Assembly (NCBI RefSeq): GCF_011745625.1
Contig: NW_027191455.1
Location: 806,001-870,000, forward strand
Source of the DNA: Cladosporium halotolerans
Lineage: Eukaryota
DNA length: 64,000 nt
Direction: 5' to 3'
A program made the position numbers and the translations under genes. The notes beneath the pieces are model-generated. The model made no database searches. It was not told the DNA's origin and saw nothing but the letters and a program-made list of their open reading frames with translations. This document shows, piece after piece, positions 11,461-24,435 of this stretch. The number at the start of each line of letters is the position of its first letter. Positions within the stretch are counted from its first letter, which is position 1.

Positions 11461-13345
11461 ATGGACCAACTCCCAGACGAGGTGATACTTTCGATCTTAT
11501 CATGTAAGCCTTTATAATGACCGTCTTGATACGAGACACTGATTTCGTGCAGTCTTAGAGGTGGCAGATGTTGCTCGCTGTCAGATTGTGTCATCTCGAT
11601 TCCTTGCCCTCGCCCGCGATAACGGAGTGTGGAAACTACGGTGCTTTCAACACTCCCGAGCAGAAGCCTTGCGCAGACGCCAGCGAGAGCGCGACTCGCA
11701 TGACCCTCACTTGGAAGAGCTACGGAGTGCCATATCCAATCTGCCAAGCGTCAGTCCAAGTATTCCAAGGTCAGACGCTAGTGGAACGTCAGCAACTGCT
11801 GCCGATGTAAGTGCTGTAGACCAAAGACAGCGAGCTCGTGCCCTAGCGAATTGGGAACCTGGATATCCTGGCGAGATCATCAACTACTATGAAGAATACA
11901 TCCATAGACATGCAGACGTCAACATCGAGTGGATCAAACTACCTGGAGATTCACATGCTGGCGATCGGCATCAGATAAAAGAAGCAACAGGCGTTGGCAT
12001 TTTGTCTCAATCGGACAGTGCAGTCCAGCACATGGTGTCTCCTCTTGATGACGGTAGCGTCTGTTTATGGGACATTAGCGCTCGCTCGACATACCCTCGT
12101 GGCGGAAGAGGCTGCTTGGTGGGCCAGAGCCGACCAGGAATGCTCACTGCAGGCGCTTCTCCCGATCGAAGCCATGCTATAATGACAGAGACCGGAGCCG
12201 TTGAATGCGTCTCAATCGACAGCCGTACGAAGAAAGGTTATTTTGGCGTTGAGAACCTGCTTCAAGAAGTCGACCTGCAAACTCTACAAATCGCCTCGAC
12301 CAAGAAGTACCCTTTCCCTATCACGGCCTTGTCACCGAGCCAGCCAGGCTTGCCGCTCTCAGTGGGAACAAATTGCACGGTGCACCTACATGATGCGAGG
12401 GAACCAACTATCGCACGAGATCCGATGAGAAGCGAATCGGTCGAGCTCATAGGTGGCACACTCGATTCACATGCCACACTATCTCAACCTGGACCCCTGT
12501 CCATACTTGGTCACCAAGAAAGCTCTTCAATATGGGTAGCGGGTCGCTTCACTAGTCTGCTAAACTACGATCTCCGCCGGTTTCCTCGCCTGCTTGGCAC
12601 CATCCACTCGGGCGCTCGAATAGCTTCATTAGCGTCTTTACCGCATCCTTTCGTGCCTCGCTCTCTAGACTTGGTTCGAGAACCAGGCGCTTCGATGTCT
12701 GCACTGCAAGCTGCTCGCAGTAGACCTGGCATGACGTTGCTGGCTGCAGCAGAGTACAAAGGCAAGGGTTCGCTGGAGCTGCACGATCCTACAAGTCAAG
12801 ACAGCTATAAGAATCGCCAGACAGCTTCAGCATCGAAATTGCTCTCTGCAGTACCTCATGGCGGACGTATCGTATTCTCTGACGGTGACGGTAATCTACG
12901 ATGGATGGAGAGAGACGGATCTACTTTGGTCCGTAAATATAACATCAACTCTGGACAAGATGAACCGTCTACAGGTGAGATTATGAGCAATGGGATCTTC
13001 TCTACCAGCGGCTCTGAGATGCCTGGCCAGGGAGATATTGTGCAGAAGATGCTTCCGCTTCGGGCGGCTGCAGGTTCGGATCCGTCCGATCGATCGGACC
13101 TTCCCAGCGAGTCGCTCCTTTTGTGGTCAGGCGACGGTCGGCTAGGATGTCTCCATTTTGGAGGTCAAAATCCTCTTACACCGGACGATGACTGGCACGA
13201 CGCCCTCGAAGCGCAGGGCTTGAGTGCGGAAGAAAAAGCCAAAGAGGACGCTGCGAGGCAGTATGAGATGACCATGCGCCGAGCGCTCGAACGTAACGCC
13301 GATGAAGTCAGGTTCGTCAGAGGACTGGGCATGGCAGCGTTCTAA
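11461..13345 (+). CDS. F-box protein with beta-propeller-like C-terminus; exons 11461-11503 and 11553-13345
   Basis: MDQLPDEVILSILSFLEVADVARCQIVSSRF is an F-box motif once the GTAAGC..CAG intron is spliced; WD-like DDGSVCLWD. Confidence 0.85.
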
Positions 13346-13418
13346 GAATCCAAGTCTTAACCTACAAACGCCAATCGTGCGTATGCTAATGGCGTCTGGG
13401 TGCTTTTGTATGTGTCCT

Positions 13419-14415
13419 CTACTGATATGCTTTTCCGCCCACGCTTTCATCAAACGCCATCAGATCCTTCAATCCACAGACCTCGAAGAGCTTGGACGGC
13501 CCGAGTGCCGGGTCTTCTGGGCTCTTGCCGTTCTTCTTCAGCGCACTGTATGCGTTCTCCAACGCTGGCACCACTGCCTCCAAGCCCATGGTAGGCCAGA
13601 TCGTAATCCGGAATCCCAGCTTGTTAGCCTCTTCCACCGCGAGAATGGGTGTTCTACCTCCACCAACCTCGTTGAGAAGTACAGGGATCTTGGGCAGATC
13701 AGAAATGGCCTTCTCGGCCTCCTCCTTCGACTGCAGCGCCTCAAAGAACAGCCCATCAACGCCAATTTCTGCGGCCATCCTCAATCTGGCAACAGCCTCG
13801 TCGTAACCACCATTGCCCTCCGGATCCTTGCCAGCTCTGGCATCGGTACGGGCGATGATGGCGATTCCACTACCGCTCTCATCCCTAGCCCTGCATGCAG
13901 CGCGAAGGCGGTTCGCATACACCTCTCTCGAAACAAGAAGCTTGCCGCCCAGATGGCCGCATCGCTTCTCCTGCACTTGATCTTCGATGTGCAAGCCTGC
14001 CACGCCAGAGCGAGCGTAGGCTTTGACAGTAGCGGCTACATTGATGGGTCCGCCGTAACCGGTGTCTGCATCGGCAATCAAGGGGACGCTTGGGTTGATC
14101 GAGGCGATCATTGAAGCGTTTTGATGCATGTCGGTGAAAGTTGTGAGGCCAAGATCTGCCATTCCCAGGCGGGACATGGCTGTACCCGCGCCGGTCTGGG
14201 ATAAGTTAGAATATAACTCGATTCTCAGGCTTCAATGTGGCAAAAGCCCGTAACAGAGGAGACCGTACCATATAAAGACATTCAAATCCTTGTGCAAGTG
14301 CCAATCGTGCGGAGATGCCATCGTAGACGCCTGGGGCAACAACAGTGTGTGAAGGGTCAGAGAGAAGTTGGCGCAAACGAGCGGGTGCAGATACATTCTG
14401 CTGAGTAGCGTTCAT
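13419..14415 (-). CDS. Isocitrate lyase/PEP mutase family C-C lyase (oxaloacetate acetylhydrolase/2,3-dimethylmalate lyase-like); exons 14415-14269 and 14195-13419
   Basis: PGVYDGISA, YMTGAGT, DADTGYG, IEDQ..KRCGH and IIARTDA motifs; canonical intron. Confidence 0.9.
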
Positions 14416-15052
14416 TGTGGTGGTGTGTAGTATCCCGTTTGCACTTGTGCCGATATAGCGGTATTTCAGTTCGATCCTAAGGAGCTGACAGGCTTTTGTA
14501 GGGTTCAGAGGGCAGAACGTGCGATATATCAATGGGGGTTCCGAATAGTCGACGAAGAATGAGCGGCATTACTAAACGCAACTACTTCGGACCGTGCATC
14601 TGAGCTCTTCGCCGATAGCGGCGGGTAGTTCCAGCTATTCCTTGTTGCACGATGTAATGACGGCCTGCCCATGACATGATTGCGATTCTACGCCGAGTTA
14701 AATGCGGTCTGACTCTATATCTCAATTATACAGGTGAAGACCGATTTTGGCCAAGCAAGAGATCACTGCACGTGAGGCGCCTAGCACAGGCCACTTCACA
14801 TGAAGATGCGCTCCCCGGATTCAGGAATGCATCCTCGGCAGCGGAGAGACACTGAGGTCATTCGGGGCTTGGGGGCAGACAGCTGACCATCACATGCTCA
14901 AGCGAGCGACTCTTATTAAAGGACTGGAATTGCTGCAACGCGTCGGCAAGTTGGCATTTTGTCGCTCCCTGCTAATCCCTACACTGTCCTCCCCTAACAA
15001 CGAGCTCACGAACTCTCCATCGCCCATTACTTCTCAATACAGCACTGTGACA

Positions 15053-15557
15053 ATGTCTCTGAAAGAAGGTGCGCACTTCCAAGGACTCTCACATGCTAGC
15101 CATGAAACTGATCTCTTTGCATTAAGACGCTTGGCCCTCGTCTGCGGCTTTCGACGCGATTGCCTCGGCCCTCTCCGATGATTCCGAGCGCAAAGATGCG
15201 ATCAAGAAGGGCGGCGCGATCTTTGCTTTCACCCTCAAGAACGCCGAGGGAGAGCAGAAAGAATGGTACATTGACTTGAAAGAGACCGGCAAAGTTGGAA
15301 AGGGTGCCGCACCAGAAGGAAAATCACCCTCTGGTAAGTCGTTGCGCGCTCGACTCGGCCACTGGCTCCTATGATACTGATGCGGCGCTGCAGTGACCCT
15401 CATTTTGCCCGACGCAGAGTTCGCAAAACTTATCTCTGGAAAGGCGAACGCGCAGAAGCTGTACATGGGCGGCAAGCTGAAGATCAAGGGCGATATCATG
15501 AAGGCTACCAAAATGGAGCCTATACTCAAGAAGGCGCAAACCAAGGCGAAGCTATAG
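15053..15557 (+). CDS. POX18: SCP2 sterol-carrier/oleate-induced peroxisomal lipid-binding protein with PTS1 (-AKL); exons 15053-15068, 15127-15333, 15394-15557
   Basis: Spliced protein contains WYIDLKETG...GKANAQKLYMGGKLKIKGDIMKA and ends in AKL. Confidence 0.88.
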
Positions 15558-15915
15558 ACAGTTTGTACCAGCCAAGGCAAAATTTAGCGACTATTGTCTC
15601 GCCTTTAGTATCAACGAGGCTTATTGACTTGTTGTCAGTGCCGTCGAATTGCTGAATTCGAACCGCTGAACTCGCCCGCCTGATCGTATGACCGAGCCGT
15701 TTGCAAGGGCGATGGACCGATCTGTCACGTAAACGCAGTTCACATTATGATGTATACATTCTGTTAAAGATATTATGCCGTGTCAATCTCACGAACCCCA
15801 AAATGACCAGAAGAGGCCCAACTACAAAAAAGTGGTATCATCATCCTTTCAAACGCCAAAACCACTGAAGGAGCCCCTGCCCCGTCCGGACATACCACAC
15901 GAGTTCCCCTGCCTT

Positions 15916-16340
15916 TTACTTGTACTGCGGCTGTCCTCCCTGCGCGTATTGTGGATGCTGTACCTGATGTCCTTGTTGCCCCTGGCCCCAGCCTTGTGGT
16001 CCTCCTTGCATTGGTATCTGCTGTCCTCCTCCGCCTCCTTCCATCATGTTCTGCACGTCGGGCCTATGCTTTAGGTCTTGGTAGAATCGGCAGATGTGGC
16101 AACCGACGTCCTTGTCAGGCTTCAGGCTGAAGGGAATAACCGGAATAAAACAAAAGGTGAACCATTCCCAGCGCTTGTAGACACGGGCAGAGAAGTTGCC
16201 GCAGTTTTGACATTGCGCAGTGACATTTTCGTAACCTTTCAAAAGGGAAGAGAAGGCTGCGAAGATGGTCAGCTTGTTTATGAGTGAAGGCTGCAAAGGC
16301 CGAGCTCACTATGTGTGCCGCAAGTGAAGATGAAGGCCAT
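15916..16340 (-). CDS. Small conserved zinc-ribbon protein with Gln/Gly-rich tail; exons 16340-16310 and 16256-15916
   Basis: CQNC...RWEWFTFCFIPVIP...CHIC pattern; GTGAGC..CAG intron gives the N-terminus MAFIFTCGTHTFSS. Confidence 0.8.
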
Positions 16341-16906
16341 GGCGGCGGTATTATCGCAGTGAAGCGAGCAGACGCGCGATCAGTTGCAGTCTGATTTTGC
16401 CAGGTGAGCGATCGTAAAGGGAGGTGAAGCGCAATACTTGAAGACGCAGAGATAGATGAAGATGCGCGATGGCTTAGCGGGTTACTGCAAAGACGTGCTC
16501 TGCAAGTATTCCAAGGTAATGGGAGCTCACATCGTGGCTCAGCAACCACGCGGTCCCTTGGTCGTTGGCGTGCGACGTCACGGACGCCCCAGGCGCCCAG
16601 CCTAGGTAGCCCAGCCAAGCCCAATGCTTGGAGGTCTGAGAAGTACGCGCACGTGCCTGGCGTTGCGCGCAACCACGCGGGTAACAGGCGATAGTTTGCA
16701 TGGAAATGTATCGCAGCAATTGTATTCAAAATGGAAGCAACCTACACGAACACATTTACGATTTGGACAGCGACGAGAGCTCATCGAGCGAGCAGAGTTG
16801 GAGAATGAAATTGTATGTCTTGGAGTATTCGTTGGTGCAGGTCAAGGAGGTATCTAAGGTTGCTTCAGAGGCATCGTTATCAGCGGCCGGAAGGGTTACT
16901 GATGAT

Positions 16907-17556
16907 CTACTGCGTCTTGAAAAGCAAAATAGCGCAGTGACCGAGGTAGAAGTAGATGAAGTGCTTCGTCTCTGTGACGGCATTAGCATTGGCTTCGCAT
17001 CTAGAGGCATACGTGCTCGCGTACCGTGCGTGACAAAGCTGCCGAAGTTCCTACCGACGATGCAATGCCATGTCGCGCCCTTCCTCTCGTCGAACTGGTT
17101 GCTGTTAGTACGAGTAACATCCGTGGAGTACAGTATCCGGACTGACCGTGCGCTTGATGTGATGAGCGATCTCCTGAAGATGCGTTAGCCAGTCGAGCTC
17201 AAGGTTCGCAATCTGAGGGCTCAAAAGCCGCTTACCTTCTCAACAGTGAACTTCTCCATTGCTTCCTGGGCTGTTACTTTTGTTAGATGTGCCTCTTGAA
17301 TTTGCAATTGGCGCATGTGAGGATGCACTGACCGACTTCGATGGCTTCTTGCTGCATTTCATCGCTCTGAAATCGGGGTCAGCGTGTTTCGTCGGTCTCA
17401 AATCATGTGAGCACGCTCATACCATGTCGACCGACTTGACCTGCGCTGTTGTTTTTGTTAGCATGTGCCTGTCGAACACGGGGCGGTAAGAGCCGAAATA
17501 CCCTCCAGCTTCTCCTTGATCTCGTCATTCTTGAACTCGGGCGCTTCGTTCGACAT
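16907..17556 (-). CDS. DYN2: Dynein light chain LC8; 7 exons (17556-17502, 17445-17423, 17366-17333, 17270-17236, 17173-17147, 17094-17025, 16971-16907), 102 aa
   Basis: Spliced product contains KSVDMSDEMQ...[44 protein letters not shown]; all six introns are GT-AG. Confidence 0.95.
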
Positions 17557-17851
17557 GTTGGCGACAATTGATAGCTTGCGAGGGTCGAGGAAGAGTCTAC
17601 GCGATTTTGTTGTGCAGAATATTGATAGTGGCGTTCGGGTTGCGCGATGTATGGCTGTCGCTGCTAGCCCTTGCCAACGCGTCGTCGGAAAGCACGCGCG
17701 ATGCGAGATGCCAAGCCTTTGGCGCTAGCGAAGCAAAAAACCTCGAAGTCGTCTCTTCACACTCTAACTGTTGCATGAAGATCGCTTCCTTCTTACAAAA
17801 AAAAAACATTCACTACCTCGTCCTGCTCGACTGGAAGCTGTCTTGAGCACG

Positions 17852-20533
17852 ATGGCGAGCTCCCGAATTTTCATCAAGGGATTGCCCCCATCTATTACAG
17901 AGGCAGACTTCAAAAAGCACTTTGCTTCTGGAGGTCGCGAGGTGACGGATGCGAGGCTTTTTGCTAACCGACGCATCGGCTACATTGGATACAAGACTCC
18001 AGAGGATGCGCAAGCGGCTGTCAAGTATTTTAACAAGACATTCGTTCGCATGAGTCGAATCGGCGTCGAGGTTGCCAGGCCGGTCAACGAGTCAAACGAC
18101 CGGAGAGCTGGCGGTAGAGCTCCTACAGCTCCAAAGGAGAAGCAAGATGCGCCCACAGTCACCGGAAAAGATGACAGCAACGAGGCCATGCAAGATGATC
18201 CAAAACTGAAGGAATACCTTGAAGTCATGAAGCCCAAGTCGAAGAAGCGTAGCTGGGAAGATGAGGAGCGTCTTCAAGCGGACGGCGAAAAACCTGCCGA
18301 AGACAATCATCGGATGGCGGTGGATGCCGAGGCTGCTAGTGATGAGGAGTACGAGGAGGTGCCGCGCAAAGCGAAGCGAACAAAGGTTGAGCAGGCGTCC
18401 GCTGAACGCGCACCGTCTGAGAACGCTCCAAACGAACCTCCTCAGACCGTCGACACCACAGCAGACGACGAAGCGGTCCCGCCCACAGCACCAGTATCCG
18501 ATGCTGACTGGGCACGCTCAAGGACAAGCCGTCTGCTTGGTCTCCTGGACGACGATGAAGAGGAAGAAGAGCTTAGCAAACCTGTCCCTCCCCCTACGTC
18601 GACAGGGTCCAGCGAAAACGGAGAAGGCGCGCACATGACTCCAGCATCTATGCAACAGAAGACCGAGGAGAAGAAGCCTCCACCTCCGCCTTCTTCTGTT
18701 GAGCACCCCGAGCCTGTACAAGCAGAAACGGACGCCGAGCCGACCGGTGTCCGCGCAACTATGCGCCTATTCTTGCGCAATTTACCGTACGATGTACAAG
18801 AAGAAGCTCTGCATGCTGAATTTGCATCGTACGGAAATCTCGAAGAGGTATTTATCTCCCTTCCTCTTTGCCCGCCCCATTTCAAGATGAGCACCTGATA
18901 GGGACAACCGATGCTACAAGCACTTGAGGTAAACCCAGGAAGTGTATTTTAGTAGATGTCACTTTGACTGAAAAAGATCACCAACAATCGCATATACGAA
19001 GCATACAAGTGGATACGAACCCTACTGACTCCTCTTGTTCAGGTACACGTTGTCCTTGACCGCAAGACAGGAGCTGCAACAGGCGTTGCCTACGTCCAGT
19101 TCAGCGATGCAGATTCTGCAGAGCAAGCACTGAATGAGAAAAACGGTGTCCACTTCCAAGGGCGCAACCTCCATGTTATCCCGGCTGCTGCCAAGCGGGA
19201 GGACCAAATTAACGATTTTGAGCTGTCAAAACTCCCGTTGAAGAAACAACAGGAGATTAAAAAGAGGCGCGAGGCCGCCTCGTCTACCTTTAACTGGAAC
19301 GCTCTTTACATGAATGCGGATACGGTCGTTTCTAGTGTCGCTTCCCGCCTTGGGCTGTCCAAATCTGAAGTCCTCGATCCGACCAGCAGCGATGCTGCTG
19401 TCAAGCAAGCTCACGCGGAGACGCACATCATTCAAGAAACCAAATCCTACTTCAGGTCTCAAGGTGTTGATCTGGATGCATTCAAACGGAGTCAACGTGG
19501 CGATACAGCAATCTTGGTCAAGAACATTCCTTATGACTGCTCTAAGGATGAGCTGAAGAGGTTGTTCGAAGAGCACGGCGATTTGAAGCGCTTTATGATG
19601 CCACCAAGTGGTACTTTGGCCATTGTAGAGTTCCCAAATGCTGCGCAAGCAAAAGCAGCATTCGGAGCCTTGGCATATCGGAAGATTAAAGGCTCTGTCC
19701 TCTTCCTTGAGAAAGCACCGAAAGATCTGTTCACGCTGAAGCCGACTGGTGAGGCTCCAGTTGAAGGATCCCACGGTGTCTCCAAGCTGTCCACTTCTCA
19801 GCTCAAGGATGCCGATGCGGACATGGTTGTTCCCGAGTCATCTGGCACAGCAACTCTGTTCGTGCGCAATCTCAACTTCGATACTACATCGCAACAACTC
19901 ACCGAAACATTTGGACCGCTGGACGGCTTCCTCACGGCTAGGGTCAAGACCAAGACAGATCCCAAGAAACCTGGGCAAATACTCAGCATGGGTTTTGGTT
20001 TCTTAGAATTCCGCAGCTCCGGTCAGGCCCAAGCTGCATTGCAAGCCATGGATGGCTATTCTTTGCACGGCCACAAGCTGCAGATTCGCGCAAGTCACAA
20101 AGGTGCAGATGCTGCAGAGCAACGCCGGAAAGAAGACAAGGCCAAGCGTGAATCCAGCAAGAAGACCAAAGTCGTCGTCAAGAACCTACCGTTCGAAGCG
20201 ACAAAGAAGGATGTACGATCCTTGCTTGGTGCCTACGGCCAGCTGCGGTCCGTGCGTGTGCCACAGAAGATGGACCGCGCAGCTCGCGGTTTTGCATTCG
20301 CCGACTTCACGACGCCCAAAGAAGCGCAAAACGCGATCGACGCACTGCGCGATACGCACTTGCTCGGTCGCAGACTTGTTTTGGACTTTGCTGAGGAAGA
20401 GTCTGAGGATGCCGAAGCGGAGATTGAGAAAATGCAGAAGAGAGTTGGCTCGCAAGTCAACAAAGTGGCACTGCAAAAACTCACCAGCGGCGGGAGGAAG
20501 AAGTTCACTACCGAGAACGATGCAGATGAGTGA
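17852..20533 (+). CDS. MRD1: Multiple-RRM pre-rRNA processing protein Mrd1/RBM19; exons 17852-18847 and 19043-20533
   Basis: SRIFIKGLP, RRIGYIGY, WNALYMN, AHAETH, SMGFGFLEF and KNLPFEAT motifs; the intron joins RRM2 in frame (EE|VHVVLD). Confidence 0.95.
18884..18971 (+). ncRNA. snR64: Intronic box C/D snoRNA, snR64/SNORD74-like, guiding 2'-O-methylation of a C in 25S rRNA
   Basis: C-like box AAGATGA. Guide GATAGGGACA is complementary to 25S TGTCCCTATC and is followed by D'-like CCGA. TTTTAGTAGA element and D box CTGA. Matches my recollection of the yeast snR64 layout. Confidence 0.8.
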
Positions 20534-20794
20534 TTCGCCTTGCAAGGCAAGCCTCCTCGTGGGTGAAATGCAAGGTCGTTGGAGGTCACGTGTCTTTGGG
20601 TGGCTCGCTGAAGGTTTTCTCCTTGCTTCGCTCCATGCGACCTCATTCGTGACCTTCGACTGCTCACACTTCATGACAGCCCATCACTTCAACTACGTGT
20701 ACATCTAAGCCAACGCCGAAGCTTGAGCGCAGTATCTTGTTCGGCTCTGCTTGGAGAAGAATGCTGTTGTTTGTCGACATGAAAACCATGGCCG

Positions 20795-21321
20795 CATTCC
20801 ACTGACCTCCAGACACATTCCTGCCGCCTATTGTCCAGCCAGGAAATTGCGACTATGCCCCAATCATCCCTCCGTAAAGCGGCCTCGTTGGTCTCGGTTT
20901 CTTCCCGACGTCACTCGCTTTCCCTTGCCTGTTCGCTCGAGGAGTTTGCGGCTTTGGGTAAGCTGTATCCCTGATCACCAGGGTCTTTGCACGCAATCGG
21001 CCGCTCGATCAGCCCTCCATGTTGAGTACTCGGTCGTGGAACCGGAAATTGCACGCGCACGCTGGGAGCTCTCGTGGAAACACAAGGCTAAGTCAGCACA
21101 CCTTTCCTTCGCTCCTGTCTAGGCCGCTGTTATCTATAAACGATTGCTCTGCTTGTTGCCTGACAACAACATTCTCGGTGCCTCGTCACTCCTTTACCGT
21201 CCAACTCTTTACGTTCCTTAACGTCAGCATACCATTATTTGTAGCACTCATCGTACCTTTAATAATTAGACGAATTACCACATCAAAGGGTCCGTTTGGG
21301 CAGCATTTTCATCAGCATTCC
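20795..21321 (+). promoter_or_regulatory. Four CATTCY (AbaA/TEA response element) sites and a TATA-like box upstream of abaA
   Basis: CATTCC at 20795, 20816 and 21316; CATTCT at 21170; TATAAA at 21135. Confidence 0.45.
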
Positions 21322-21365
21322 GGCTGTACGTTCCTGTCAGTAACTGGATTGCATTTATCAGCATC

Positions 21366-23599
21366 ATGATACAGCCCGCCTGTGTGCTTCCTTCTAACGC
21401 GTCACCTTTGGTGGGCGGGACTGAGCCAGGCACAAGGGTATTGCAGGAGCATTCTGGCAATCGACAACACCAAGAATACAAGCTGCCACAGGATTACGAT
21501 CAGAAGTATTCGGCGTCGTCCGTATCTGAAAACCCTCCAGCTCGTATACCTTTGAGGACTCAACATCTGTACCGCACACCATATCATTCTTCGCAGCCAT
21601 GGAGGAGCGGCTTTACACGTCTTGGATACGGACGATCGCATTATCCCACTCAAGCCGAGAAGGACGAGAGAGCAAGGAGACTACTGCGACGGTTTCACGC
21701 GTGTGAAGGCTACTCCAAGTATAGAGCTCGCCAAGGGAAGCACGACGAAAAGAGTGGTGAGCAAATGTGGCCAGATCATCTCGAGCATGCATTCTGCAGA
21801 GGTAACTTGAACCCACGGTCGAGAGAGGCTTCCGCACTGACGATCACCATCTAGCGTTGGTGGAGTATCCACCGATGGGGCGAAAGAAGCAACTTGTCAA
21901 GGAGAAGCACTGTGGGCGCAATGAGCTAATCGCAGCCTGGATCGAGATGTCAACTGGCGTTTCGCGTGATCGCAAACAGGTCTCCAGTCACATACAGGTT
22001 CTCAAACCGTTCGTCCAAACGGATAGTTTGATCATGGCATATCTCTCCAAGGCTAGTGAGCACGAAGGGGCATCCCGCCATCATAATGGGTACCCTGCGA
22101 ACCATGCCAACGGCAGGGGCCTCTCAAGATATCCAGTCCAAGCGCCACCCCAGAATGGGCACCAGATGATGCCTTTTGCGGTGTCTGGAGATACAGACAG
22201 CCAAGTCAGGCTCAGAGACGTCCCGGAAATCTTTGCGCCTGTTTCGTTTGAGATGTTCGTGCAACGGAGGCTCCGTCTGGCCGAACAGCCTGAGGACGAC
22301 AGCGTTCGACGCGTGCACACGTACACCAAGCAGATCTCACAGCCATGGGAAGCCGACGACGTGATTTCTGACTGGAACGACCTTGTCCAGAGACATCCAG
22401 ACCTCGCGACCATTCACTCTCAGCGTCCTATCGACTGTAATGTTGTAGCTGCGAAAGCTTCGCTGGCAATCCACTCGGGCCCGTGGAAGGACCAAGATGG
22501 CGATGCAGTAGACAGTTCGGCCAGAGAATTGGGCATCTCGTTCAATTGCCGAGCTGGAAATCTGCCGCGCCCTTTCGAAGTCATGTATCGGAACCATTTT
22601 TACGAGAGAGGCAAACTTGTCGAAGAAGTCTCTTGCGCCCATCAATTCCTCAACGACAACAGCACAAATGACTTGCAAGTCATGTTTGGCAGCACTTACT
22701 GGGTGCGCGCGCTGTGCCCAAGGTACAAGCAAGCATGCCAGGCTGGCCCGGGTCATGGCGCTGCGTTCATTGGAAGTATCACTGCGACTCAGGAGATATT
22801 CATCAAAGCTCAGAGTGGAGTGGAGAGGGTCATGTTGATTCACTGGTCTTTTCGACAATCTCAGGCTGACCAAGGCCGGACATGTTGGCGACGAGTCGTG
22901 ATGCCGTCTTCTCTGGAGGTTTCGCAATACGCCTCGCCGTTGAAGTCAATGCAGATGGACAATCCATTTGATTTCAACGACGACCCAATGCCCAACCTCA
23001 CAGCGTCAGGCGTGCCTCCGCAGCCTGCTCTACAATCGCCGTTTGAATACGAAAGTGGATCGACTTCAGCGCCATCTTCAGCAACCTGGTCGACATCCAT
23101 CAGCGACGCAATCAGTGCGGCTTTTGCGAATGCCTCTCTAGACACCAATCTCGACAACGCCTTTGACTTCACGGGAGGCAAGATTGACATATCATACGAC
23201 CCCAACCTCAATCTCGACGATTTTGACACACCCGCTTTCAATTTCGACGCAACCGCAGATAGTTTCGCAACGGACACGGCACTGCGGGACTACCAAACGT
23301 GGGATGCCGGGTTTGCGGACGCTGGAAGCTTTGATGGGCAGCAAAGCTTCGCCGACACGAATTATTCGATCGCTGCGGGCGTGGATGGCCAGAATGGTGG
23401 CTTTGACGACTATGGCGTGTTCGACCCTCAGATCTATGACACAAATGCAGAATCACAGGCATTCGGAGGAGCCGGCCAGGACGCCGTGAAAGAGGAGGGG
23501 TCGCTGTCTGCTGCGGTTGTGGCTACCAACCCGCCGCCTTTTAAACTGGAGGCGGAGGAGTCCGATTTGGCAATGAGCATGGATTCTCAGGTCACGTAG
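21366..23599 (+). CDS. abaA: TEA/ATTS-domain transcription factor AbaA/Tec1; exons 21366-21801 and 21855-23599
   Basis: [23 protein letters not shown]...GRNELIA...[14 protein letters not shown] is a TEA domain after splicing a GTAACT..TAG intron. Confidence 0.9.
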
Positions 23600-24435
23600 T
23601 TCCGGTGATTTGATGGAGCCTTGCATTTGTCGGTCAACAATCGTTGCATGCAGGGTTTGGAGTCGTATCGCACATCCCGTCAACGTGGGCATTTCAGCTC
23701 ATTGGCCCCTTCCGTAATACTATTTGAGCGCCTGAATTTCAACTCAAGCACATGCATACTGTCATCTCTCCAAGTGACAGACACGTATATCTCACCTACT
23801 GTTGTTGTATGTTCCATCCCATTGCACGTGCCCATCGGAGCAAACGCTCACTCCATCGCCTGAGCGGCCCCCAGAACTCAGTTCTCACTGGCTTCGAGAC
23901 ATTCGTTCACTTTTACTGCCAATCCTCTCGCGATCAGGATGCACCTCTCAAAGGCCGCAAAGGCCGCTCGGTTCTCACTCGTTGTTTCGAAATGTATATA
24001 AAGCGACTCGAGCCGCCCTTGGCACACCCCCTACCTACAGATAGACGCCTGCTGCCTGCCACGTGTCTGGCGTCTGCGACGCGCCTCACGCGGCATGGAT
24101 TGCGTTTGCGCGCCTCTGCACCCGTATCTTCTACATTCATAGACTCGCTTATCAATTACGACAGCGTTAACTCGCCACGACTTTGATTTCAAAACAACAT
24201 AGAGAAGCATCATCCGGGAGCCGCGCGCAAGTGAGCAACAAACTTTGGGTGCGCGCACTTAAACACATTCAGCAAAAGCTAAACAAACCACCACTTCAAA
24301 ACTACCATCAAAAGCGTCATTCACGCAGCGTCGCCACCTGAGGCGAGATACCAAGGCTCTCGAGCTCCGTAACAGCTATCCACGAAATCACCTCACCTCT
24401 AGGCGTCAGAAATATCTCCCGAGGCAATCTGCACG

